This document shows, piece by piece, positions 1 to 12,100 of a DNA stretch of 64,000 nt (the first letter of the stretch is position 1; every line of letters starts with the position of its first letter). The stretch covers positions 9,639,751-9,703,750 of the forward strand of contig OZ037773.1 of NCBI GenBank assembly GCA_964035545.1, given 5' to 3'. A program made the position numbers and the translations under genes. This stretch comes from Bugula neritina. Lineage: Eukaryota; Animalia; Bryozoa. Under the pieces are notes generated by a model, which saw only the letters and a program-made list of their open reading frames with translations, did no database searches and was not told where the DNA came from.

Positions 1-619
1 CTCTAATGTATTGAGTAACTCTGAATAATTTATAAGATAAAAACTTAATGATAAGACTCCAAATAAAGTGACATGTTTGTAACTCTATTTAACATTGATT
101 TTTGAGAAATGTAAGTATTTATTGTATCTTGTATTCTTAGCATTTGGCTGTTGGTGTTTCAATAGAAACTATTGACAAGTTTAGCATATATACGTAAAAG
201 CTGCGTAATTGTTAAGTTTTAAACAAACTCTATCATGGTAATATAAGATGCCCCACAAGCTAATGGCATAATTTGTACTGTATATCCTGTTTCTATAATC
301 TTATCAATCCACATATAGTAATAAAAGTTAAAATAAACTTTTAATTTGAATCATTTTATAGGGTTTAATAATGAGTTTTAAATTTTATTCAACAACAATA
401 GAATTCACAAAACTGTAATAATGTAAAACCATGATATAGAGATAAATTAATTAAAAAAATAAAATAGCATAAACCTTTCAAATTCCTCATAGTTAAAATA
501 ACGTCAAAAGGAAATTTTGTCTATTGTTATATATATATTACAAATTATTGGTTGCTTTATCTCAAATAATGAGGTTTCCAAATACTATAATAAATGAGCC
601 ATGCGGGTAAATGCTAAAA

Positions 620-1719
620 TTATACAATTAAACTGCCAGCAACGCAAAACACATAAAAGTCATCTATAAAAGCTAATTAAGTATTGATTATATAATTATT
701 TTAAAACTGTTTAATTTGTATATTTCTAATATTTTTGCATTTAAAAACTGTTTTAAAAAATTAGAAACCATGCAACTGCTTTTTATGAGGTTGACCTGCA
801 GAAAAATTAATTTATATCTGACTACTTTTTGCAGCAAAAAACCTACAAATTTTTGCTAATTTCTGCAAGTTTATTATATATATTATACAAGTATATAAAC
901 GTATTGCGACTTTTATTACTATAATGTATTCTGCTTTACTATTATTTCTGAAACTAATATAACGAAAAGCTCTATACGTACCCCATTGATCTTTTATAGC
1001 TCTACTGCACTCCAAAGATGACCTCCGACAGTTAACAGCACACTCAACCAAACTTCTAGTGGTAGAGATCTTGTTAACAGCAGACGTAGCGATAGTTAGA
1101 CTAATGTCCTTAGTCACATGACCAGTTTTAAGTTCGGGTAAATCTACCAATATTACAATATACTTGTAACACGTACAGCCCAATTTATTAGTTTTTTGTC
1201 AAAAAATTTATATTTGTAAATATCAAAGGATTAGAATGAAATGCACCAAATGCACAAATATAACTAATTATATAACGAAACTATATGTTCTATAATATAA
1301 ACAGTGATTATAAATTAGAGCCAATAATTTTCTATGCAATATATATGGATAATAACACAAGAAAACTACATTGTACAGTATAATTGATGCTGACGTAGAT
1401 CAGGTTTTTCCTAAAAATTGACAAACGACTTTGAGTATCTTATATTATAAATTTAACACTTGATAATAGTCATACAATAATTATTGCTAATTTAATCAAA
1501 CATTTAAAAAAAAATAGTTAGTTCCTATAACTGAATGTTTTGTTGTGGCTTTTACTACTTTAAAAGCATTATAATCCTTACAAGATGTTAATGTTATATT
1601 ATAAGAAACAATTATATACAGTAATTATTTTTTGTTATGACATACTTACACTGAATACTTTCAGCTGCTTCAATTCTTGGAAATACCAAGAAAATAACAT
1701 GGAAAACCAACACCAGCAT
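620..1719 (-). CDS. Small secreted PAN/apple-like protein, ~91 aa, 3 exons (1719-1650, 1143-982, 663-620)
   Basis: Phase-consistent GT-AG splicing gives MLVLVFHVIFLVFPRIEAAESIQ-YLPELKTG...TRSLVECAVNCRRSSLECSRAIKDQW-DDFYVFCVAGSLIV*. Hydrophobic signal-like N-terminus; C-x3-C-x6-C-x14-C spacing resembles the PAN/apple core. The last exon is least certain. Confidence 0.55.
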
Positions 1720-2488
1720 TGTTGCATTAGTTTATGGTGAGGTTCTGCAAAAATCTAATAAACATAAGGAATTAGGCTTCATTTAAATATCAGAAAAGTA
1801 TTGATTTTGAGAAATTTCCTATGTAGTTGCAACATGGGAAGACAATTCTTAACTGATTAATTTGCATAACATTATGAGTAGTTATATTAAATAGTTAAAA
1901 TGGAAGGCAGGCAATAAAGGAAGTTGATTCTTTGACACTGACGTTTGTTTAAACCTTTGGTTTGTCTAAAGTATCCATTATACTTGTGATGATCTCTGGT
2001 GGATTTCAGGCTGGCAGCGGAATTTGTGTTATCACGTTTGCTTGTATGGTGCAGATATTTCAGCAGAGTTATACTGCAGAAGTAATCACTAGAACTTGAG
2101 TTTACTAACAGCTCTAATGACTGTTGAACTTTCATGTTTTCCTATCTTCTCTCTACCTTATATATAAGCTGGCTATTTATGAGACGTTGGGCAGAGTTGA
2201 CTGTAGGTTTATTGAAGCAATGCATTGCGTGAATATATTTAAACAAATATATGTTTGACCCACAACGTTAGCTAACAACAAAGATTTGACTGTACACTGC
2301 TTCAATGGATAACAAAAAAACCTGAGGGGCTTTCCAAATACAATACACTGATCAAAGAATAAACTATTGTTGTATTAATTTGTCATTCTATATCATTTTG
2401 CGCTCCGTCAATCAACTCTAGTCTATTGATTTATCAGGCAGCTCCCTGAATGCTGTTATAGTTGTGATACAAGTCTTCGATTCTAAAG

Positions 2489-5400
2489 ATGGCATCTGCT
2501 GCACTGACTGAAGACTACAGCTGTGGATACTGTCTACAGAGACTAACTTATATGACTGATCCAAGAGAACTTCCATGTTCTCATATTTTCTGTTTACCCT
2601 GTTTACAAGCTGACTATAAGAAGTTTGAGAAGATAGACTGTAGAATATGTGGGTATGTTTCAACTCTGTTAATACTTCAGGACAAATTAGCTTATCTGTG
2701 TCAAAAAATGTATAATTAATGTTTATATTATAGAAATTTATAGAATCGCTACCCTTGTTTATGGTTTTGGTTTATGTTATTTTTAGTGAAACTCATCTTC
2801 GAATATTCTGTGAAAGTTTGAAAAGGTCAGCAGTCCTTGTTGTTGGTGAGTCAGCCAATGAAGATGGGAAAGGCAGCACCTTTATTCACTGTGACCTGTG
2901 CCAGAATAAGGAGAGCTGGTCTGTCAGGTTCTGTGCTGACTGCAACAAACGACTCTGCGCTGACCACTTGAAGGTAATGATTCTGGTGAAAGGCAAAGAA
3001 TGTCAGACCTTTCTGCTGATGTACATCCTGGTGGCTAAGATTTTCATGCAAGTGCACTCAAAATTGATACTAAATTTATTTGAATGACCAGGTAGATTTA
3101 TGCAATGCCATAGCATACCAAATTTATTAGCAAAATTATTATATTATGTTACTGCTACGTTATTATTAAACAAAATAATTTTCTAATTGGTAGCCTGGCT
3201 ACAGGTTTAAATATATAATAGTGTCTTTGAATACAAGATAAGCAAAAGTAACCGTAACTATATTATCAATTTCTAAAGCCGGGTGTTTGAGGAAACCTGA
3301 AACTACTTTAACTTGTATTCATTAAACATAATAGTTTGCCTTTGCTTACAGTAAAAGCCTTACACTATTTTAGATGCATGAAGAATCACTAAAGCTGTTT
3401 TTGAAAAAGGCTCACAGCTTGGTCAGTATTACGGAATACGCTAGAAACTCATCCAAATATGAAAAGACGTTCTGTCCTGAACATGAGCAGGAATATCAAA
3501 CGCAAGTTTGTGAGAAATGCAAAAAAGTCTTCTGCTTTCATTGCTCTATAACCGACTCGTGTGAAGGAGGTAAAAAACCAATACTTGGAAAAATTGAAAA
3601 ATATTTACAAGGTCTTGGCGACAATTTTGACTGAACGTTTAACTTTGCTTATATAAAATGTATACACAAGATCTTTGATATTTCATCTTTTATTTGTTTG
3701 TTTTGGAATTATAATGACTTAGATTATTTTGCAGAAGAAGCAGGAGGTTATCATAAAGTTACTTTGTTGGAAAAATTTTCTGAAAAAGTGAGAGTGGAGT
3801 TAAAAGCTTCTATGCGAAAATTGTCGGAAAAAATATCCCAGCTGTCTCAGGTTGAAAAGACTGCATGGAGTAACCTGGATGAGTTGGAGGTCAAGGTTAA
3901 AGAAATGAATGAAGAAGTGGATGAAGTAGCAGAAAAGCAGGTAGCGATGGCATTTTTGAATAGAATATACAGTACATGCTGTAGTTTGTATCTTTATTGA
4001 ATAAAAATGAAAGAAGGTGTTTATATTTGAGTCAAAGAGCTATAACATTGGCAACTCATAAAGTTACAAAAGATATTCTACTTTTCAATACTTATTTTAA
4101 AATCTAAAAAATGTTTTGAATGCTTTTGTTTCAATTTTTAAAATTATTTAAGTTACCATAAATAAAAATGATTGATTTGTGTTTTTGTATAAATTATTTA
4201 AATTAAAAGTATATTGATGAAAGATGATTGACTATAGCATATTTCTGATATATGTTTTAATTGGTTGTTTTTAGACATATATATTGACCTCTACAAGCTA
4301 ATACACAACAGTATAGTGGTAGCAGGTTACAAAATCAATGAGTGTGACAATTTTAAATACAATTGTATTAGTGCAATACGGAATCAACTACTTTGATAAA
4401 TTTTTGATTTTGCAAGTTAAAATTACTATCTATATACTCATCAATTTAAAATTTGAAATCACAGTAGTTTTTGCAAAAAAATACTATAAAGTAATAGATG
4501 TTACCTAAGAAAAACTTTAAAAATTTAGACTCGATGTAATATTTTGGAGTTGTTTATTGTAGTGGAAAATGTAGAATCATGCTTTGAAAAACAGTTAATA
4601 GCCAATCTTTGCCTTTTAGATTTGTGAGATTAAAAAGAACTCCACAGAAGTAAAAAGCCAGCTCAAAGAATTTTTAGCAAGAAGTTCAATCAGAACTGAA
4701 AAGTATGCTATAGAAACCGAAAAGGTGAAGGACGAGTTAGAAGAAGTATGGCGGGCTGCCAACAAAAAGCTTATTCGTAATAACGATTTGGAAGTCATAA
4801 GGCATCAGGAAGAAAACTTGCAGTGGGTGGAGTCAACAATTGCAGACGCTATTATGAAGCCACGCCCATTATTCAATTGTTCCTTGGTGTCTAAAGGTAA
4901 CATAATTATTTCATTGAAAAAAAATTGAAAATTTTTTTTATATGAGTTTTTTTTTAATGATTGAGCAGCGCAAAGGATAGTAAATGATTTACAGATAATG
5001 TATAGTTGCCTATAAAATTGATTATTTAAACAAATTTCAGGCTCCTTTCTTGGACTTGGACTCAAGTTTACTTCTGATTCCTCTCCACCCTATGATCTAG
5101 AGCTTGCTAAGCAAGAAGTGTCTATAAACATGCAGAAGATTTGCTGGACTAATAAAGGTTTCTTATATGCATCTTCGAGTGGGCAAAAACTTTCATTTTT
5201 GAATGCTGATGCTGCTTTGGAAAATTCTGCTGACCAGCCTGGAAATATCTTTGCACTGAGTGTGACGAATCAAATTGTGGCATTTGCTACGAGTATTTTA
5301 GAATATTATAAAAGTTCTTTTGAGGTCAGCTTATGTGCAGCTGATTTGACTACCAAGAAGTCAATATGCAAGTTTGATACAAGTTCACAAAGTTCACCAG

Positions 5401-7238
5401 CGCCTTTTCTCCTGTCCACATTTCCCCACACTCATCAGCTGGTAATAATTAACAGCCAGACCAAAGAGCTTAAAGTCTATACTAAAAATGGAACACTTAG
5501 ATTTTCATTGCCACTCTCAGGGCTTCAGCACCCGACAGCTTTGCATGCGCTGGATGACGGAAAGATATTGATAGCTGACTCTGGCAGCGTCAGTAAGTAC
5601 CAAATAGAGGGGACCAGACTTCAGTGGCTCTGGACATGCTCAAATCTCAACAACGTTCAGGCGATCAGTGTAGATACTGAGGGCTATATCTACTGTTTGA
5701 CGAACAGTCCTAACCAAAATGCTGGAAAAAGCATCAAAAATATATCTGTCATCTCTAAGGAAGGTAATCCTAATGTTTGAGTCAACTGCTCCTTAGCTTA
5801 CTGGATATGTAGTTATTACAATTTTCTAGTCCAATAAGTGTTTGTGATAAGCACATGCACATGTGGTATAGTAGCCTGCTACATGAGTTTGGTAAACAGT
5901 TAAAACTAAAAATATTAAAGCTAATTTTCAGTATTCCGACGTAGTATATGTGGCCTCTCATTCACTGCGCTTCCATGCCTTAAAATTAAAATACTGATGA
6001 ATGCGTCTTTAGTTTGCATGAACTTATGACTGAGTTTCATTCGATGCAGCTGCGTCAACATATATATGACAAACCCATTCGCATAATTGCGTAATTCAAA
6101 GCTTGGAAACATACATGGGCTTTCCATGTACCGATCTCAGATCGATCTTGCTGAGATCGATCTGAGAAATGTGCTCAGATCGATCGAATTTCCATGAGAG
6201 TGTCAGATCGATCTTGCGAAGTTGCCTCCTCTTAAGTGAAGGATACTTTAAAAGTATAATTTGTTCACCTGTTTGAGTGATTAAAGCTGCTACTGTTGAA
6301 AACACGATAGTCGTAGTCTAAAATTTAATCCCAGCTATAAACTATACGCAGCAAAGCTTTCAGTGTATGGTAATTTGGCCAATTTAAAAAAATTAATTTT
6401 AATTTTTTAGCTTGACAGCTTATATAAAATTAATGGCTGTCTTGCAAATTATTAATAAACTTACAGGATTGTTAGGCTTAAAATTACAAAGAAAATGGCT
6501 AATAAAACTAAGTTTTAATAGTCATTTAAATTCAATTTAAATTCTCCCATTTTTTTACCTTCTACTGCATATAATTGAGTTTTCTTAATCATTGTACTGA
6601 AAGTCAAAGTTTTGGCATCTGAAAAAGTGGCTATCATAATAATTTAATACTTTGCTTAGTAATTATCAATAAGTTATCTTTTTCTACTTCTCAGATCGAT
6701 CTGGCGTCTTTCCATGGTCTTATTGACATGAGATCGATCTGAGTTCGAGCTCCACAGACCGACCAGCTTAGATCGACGGAGATCGATCTTTGGCGTCTGT
6801 TCATGGATCGATCTCGCTGAGATCGATCTGAGATCGGTACATGGAAAGCCGGTGATAGTGATTTAGTAGAAAATTTTTAAATGAAGGTCAATAAAAGTCA
6901 ATAAAGGTCAATAAAAGTCAATAGAGGTCAATAGATAAATCTTTAGAAGTTGATAAAAATCAAAAGAGTTTCATCAATTTTTGTAGATCAGACGATAGAT
7001 GCCTCTTTTCTTGTGACTTCTATAATATAAAAATCTTGCAAATGCCTAATTTCGTCAAATGATAGAGTTGAATTCTATTTTTGTTGTTGCAGGAAAAATT
7101 GCTGGTTATTTGACCCACCCGCAAATGGCTTCCAGAGGTGCCTGTGACATAGCTGTGTCTTCAGCCAATCAAATGGCAGTAGCTTGTGGTTCAAGTGGCT
7201 TAGTTATTTTTAACATCCTTAGACAAAGTCATTACTGA
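2489..7238 (+). CDS. TRIM E3 ubiquitin ligase (RING, B-box, B-box, coiled coil, NHL-like beta-propeller), ~632 aa; exons 2489-2652, 2787-2973, 3374-3569, 3735-3940, 4620-4896, 5041-5763, 7093-7238
   Basis: RING CGYC..PCSHIFCLPC..CRIC; B-box CDLC..FCADCNKRLCADH; B-box CPEH..CEKC..CFHC; charged heptad-rich exons; NHL-like blades (LQHPTALHALDDGKILIADS, VQAISVDTEGYIY). All junctions GT-AG and in phase; CDS 1899 nt ending in TGA. Confidence 0.9.
6118..6850. mobile_element. MITE / non-autonomous DNA transposon in the last TRIM intron
   Basis: Terminal inverted repeats GGCTTTCCATGTACCGATCTCAGATCGATCT (6118-6148) and its reverse complement (6820-6850), extending imperfectly to ~45 bp; many internal AGATCGATCT palindromes; no clear TSD. 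Confidence 0.85.
6884..6934 (+). repeat. Tandem 10-mer (AAAGTCAATA-like) x5
   Basis: aaggtcaata aaagtcaata aaggtcaata aaagtcaata gaggtcaata. Confidence 0.8.
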
Positions 7239-7696
7239 TGGTGATGGTTTCTAACTACTAATTGTACTTACAGAAAAATAACAACCACATATAACATTAT
7301 TGGCTATTACCTTTAAAGACATCTACCTATTGGCCACATCAACTTTTATTGTTATTTAAATAGGCCAATACAAATATCAGAATATAAATTTTGTGTTCTC
7401 TATTTAATTTTTTGTTCATCATAGTTTTCAAATAGCATTTGTATTTTATCTATTATAGTTAGTAGCCCTGCTGCTTATAATATTGTATATGTAGCTCAAG
7501 TTATATCTATATGTAAGCCATTCTACAAGCCAGCCTCATCAAACTATGCATGTATAATAGTAGTTTTTGAGCTGCTTTCAAATAATCTGAAGTTGTTCTT
7601 AAATTTACTTTTATAAATTATAATTTTATGTTTTTTTTTGTTTTTGCTAAAAATAAATTGATGCTAGCTAGTGTTAAAGTTTCAGTCATTTATTCT

Positions 7697-8070
7697 TATA
7701 TATTATATTATGTATTATTAGTATATTATATTATGTATTATTAGTATATTATATTATGTATTATTAGTATATTATATATATTATACTATGTATTATTAGT
7801 ATATTATATATATTATATTATGTATTATTAGTATATTATATATATCATATTATGTATTATTAGTATATTATATATATTATATTATGTATTATTAGTATAT
7901 TGTATATGCTATATTATGTATCATTAGTATATTATATATATTATATTATGTATTATTAGTATATTACATATATTATATTATGTATTATTAGTATATTATA
8001 TTGTGTATTATTATTATATTATATATTATTATATTATATTATGTATTATTATATTATATTATGATATATT
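7697..8070 (+). repeat. AT-rich minisatellite (TATTATATTATGTATTATTAGTA core, ~23-32 bp units)
   Basis: About ten visible tandem copies. Confidence 0.9.
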
Positions 8071-9197
8071 ATGAAGTCAGCAGATTATTAAACGGCAAGC
8101 AGCACTTTACCTGCAATTGTTTTTCTGCTGTTAAATCCTTAAAATTAAAAAAATTCCCAAACATAAAACTATACTCAAAGCTTAGGAAATTTCTAGCTCA
8201 TTGTTTTGCTAAATAAAAGCTATTTTGTTGAAAATACTTGTGTTTAATCAAAAATCTTTTCAGAACAAGCTAATTGATTTTATTTTTTAGACATGTATTA
8301 GATATTTATTTTTTGTGCAAAATCCGAGTCAAATAATGTTTTATTACAGAAATTAAAAACATGCAACATTTTTTAATATAAAATGAACAATGCAAACAAT
8401 GTTAACTCTGTAATTTCAGTGATGTCAAATAATAATATTACATAATTACATAGCCTAATAGTCATTAGAGAACTTGCATAAGACCTCTTATTAGATAACC
8501 AATTGTGGTTACTATGTGATAATATTGCAGTACCATATATACACAGTTAATTGTCTAGCTAGCTTAACATAGCATAAACTGAAGTAAACTTGAAATTTTA
8601 AGTAAATCAGAATCTAAGTGACTGCAGCTCTCCAATATCAGTAAGAAGTAGTTCTTGAGTACTCATCTACTTTATTGAGTAGAGAAAACTGTACCTTGCA
8701 CTACGTATATTAGTCTAGACTAAAGAGTAAATCATAACAGAGATGCTGTGATATTTATAGCTATACAAAGTATGTGTTAATTTTAATATAATTGATTACA
8801 GTTGGTAATTACTTGGAAAGATGTGATTTTAGAGGCACCCGCATCAAATTATAAAAACGAACATGATACCTGAACACATTGAATTAATTAACATAAAATT
8901 AGGCAAAATGCTTATCTTTTAAAACAAAACCAAGGATACAGAATTATTGACTATGTAAAATACTATTTAATGCAGAACTGTTTGTGAGATAAATTAAAAA
9001 GCAATTTGAGTCTAATATGTCACTAACTGACAATATAAGTAAAACAATCATTGCTCCATTTTATATTTATTTATTCCTTCACACAGATGTTTTATAGTAG
9101 CTCAATGCCAAAATAACTATTGTTGCATATCTAAATATAAAAAAATCAACAATAAAATAGTTGTTAGGAAATTTATTTTCAAGTCAAGGTTAAAATA

Positions 9198-12100
9198 ATG
9201 AATATTAAAATGTTTTATTTATTTATGGGATTATTCCTTTTGTTTCGTAAGAGTTTACAAAACCTTCAGAGCTCTACTTGGCACCAGAAACATAATAATG
9301 GTATGGCAGACACATGTGTAGGCAGGAGTATAGCAGATGCTGCTTTATAGTTTGTTTTGTGCTGATTATCGAATCACATTTAAACCAATAATATGTGTTT
9401 GATCAAATTGGTATTAATGCCAAGATGAGTGTGAATACACTACTAGTGCACGGGTAAAAGACAGCTTAATAATAGCCATCAAATTGAATTGTCTAAAATA
9501 AGATTCTGTAGATTTTTTTAAGGAAATAATATTTTTGGCAACAGTCTTAAACATTATTTCTTGCAGGATTGTAGAGAGAGCAAAAATATAAAATGAGTAT
9601 TTTTCATTATACATAAATGTGGTGACAGTTTATTGCTGGTCATTATTTTGACTCTTCAAAATGTCACAGTCAAAGTAATAACTGCTCTGCTGCTGCATAA
9701 AAACAAAGATTTGATTGGTTACAAGGCTATGAATTGACCAATGTCAAACATTGACACATCCATAATCTGTAAACAGATTTTCTATACAAAAGCTCATTTT
9801 CTTCTTTAATATTATGCTAAGTAATACATTTCTACCCCTGCAATGGCTGCAATTAATAGCATCACTAAAGTAACTTAAAGTGAAATGCTTTAAAAACTTT
9901 GACAGTAAACAATGTAAACAGAGACTAATACAAATTTCTGCAGGAGGAAGTAGAAAAGAGACTAAGAAACACCAGGTGGTTGGAGCATTGATGTTTGAAG
10001 TGCATCCCATAAAGTCAGGAGGTGGTATTAGCAAAAGAAGTGCAACGCAATATATCAGAAGATGTAAGCTACATTCCAAATAATTATACACTAGTATTGC
10101 TGTCCTTTTACAATTTTTACTCTGTAAACTAATTGATTCAGAACAATGATGATGTCTGTTTGGTTGTTTGAAATTAAAGATAAATGAACATTATAAAAGG
10201 TATTTTCTTGTAAATATTATTTTCCCTGATATTATATTTATTGGTTACCAAAAATTAGTTTTAATGAGTTTGTATTCATGTAGCTTTTTATGCATGTCTA
10301 CTGGCATGTCATACCCATGATGAAACAATTTTCACTGGGAAACACAAACTGTTTGTATGTTACTCAAAGTGGTAATAAATAATAACATGCTGTTATATTA
10401 AGAAAAAGAAATTTCAAAGCACCAACTTTTGCACACGGTTTATAATATTATTATATCAAAGTTGTAAGCCTATAGACTAAATGTCTGAATACATATAACC
10501 AGTGTTTAATAACATGTTTTTCAGTAGCTGAGTCTCCAAGGGATATTGTGATTAAAACTCAGGAAGCACCAAAAGAGAACGAAGCTGAAATCACTTGGAC
10601 TCAGACATACTACTCCTTCATTGAGCTGACTTGCAACCAGCAATGCTGTGGAGAAAACAGATTCTTCAGAGTGAGTCAGTAGATGTTACAATTAATCTGA
10701 AGAGTGCATCAGATTATGTTTGCCAGACAACAACATTTATCTTAATTCATACTCGTTAAACTTTTACATTAATGCTACTTTTACATTTAAAATGCTATTT
10801 CGACTGCTTTCTCCTCAGTAGAAATATGTCATAGCTTTGTATCAAAGATGTTTGATTATCTTGTCAACTAAATAAGCTGGCCTTATAGCTGAGACCAATT
10901 TCTGACAGTTTTGTATAAATAAATTTCAAATAGCTATTTCTATTCATGTTTGAAAACTGCAGCTTCATTGACCTATTTAAAGTTTCTTTTATATGAAAAA
11001 TAGTTAAATTGCGTTGAAAATCAGTCAGTGTTTCCTTTGATGTTATTTGGATAAATCTTATCACATAGACTATCACTATACCAAAGCTATGTAAAAGCTA
11101 TAAGAATTGGCTTTTGCTAGAATAATGCACTGCTCCATTAAATTGATTTGTTGTACTTTTAGCTTGAGTCACCTCCTTTCCTGGTTAAACCCATCAGATC
11201 TGGTGTGAGGTGCTCCTTTAGGTTCCAGTCAGTGCTTGTAGATGAACAAGACTCTTCTCTTGAAAAGTCTAAGCCAACTACCAGTGAATTTTACTCATGT
11301 ATGTATATACAGCTCTGTGATTGGTTGTGTCTGTCCACTCAAGTGTGTATACAGCTCTGTGATTGGCTATATCAGTTTACTCATGTATATGTACAGCTCT
11401 GTGTCAGTTTACTATGGCACATGTGTATCCATGGAGATAATACTTTTAGTATAAATATAATTTTAAAATTATATCATTCATATATATTCCTGTTATTTGT
11501 ATGTTTCGTTAAAAGTATTAAAAGTAACAAGCCTAATACTAAATTAGATGCATTTTTATTGCTTTTCAATTCAACCAATTGGAAAACTATTCAAATTTAA
11601 AATGTGTTTTTTAACAAGTAAATACTATTTAGCATTTTGTAAAAACCTATAGAAATGATTTCACCTGAAATTTTTTAGTTTTCGGCAAATGCTTAATAAT
11701 ATTATTCAAGATTACGCAATTATTTTTCATTCTGAAACATTATATAATATGATGTGGCAGGGGAAACATATTATATCTTTTTCTGATAAGAATAACATCA
11801 AGCATTAACGTCATTGCTTTCTAATGCAAAGACAAAGTATTACAGCAAAGTCACTTTATCAATTTTGTCTCTAGCTACTACTTGCGTGTTTACTCTTTTG
11901 CAAAATAAAAATAAGGATAAAAATATATTTCACACCACAAAAACTTTTTCTAACGTAAGCTACACCTACCCTTATAGGTTTACCATGCAATAGTGCAGTG
12001 AAGTGTTAATGCATTTGGGTTTATTTCCAGATCCATCAAAGCTGTCTAAGCTTGAAATTTTGTACAGATACCATGAGAGTGACGGGAGCTCAGCATTCGA

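Noticed and set aside
6884-8070. CRISPR-like arrays
   Set aside because: Eukaryotic context; these are tandem satellites without unique spacers, and no cas genes are present.
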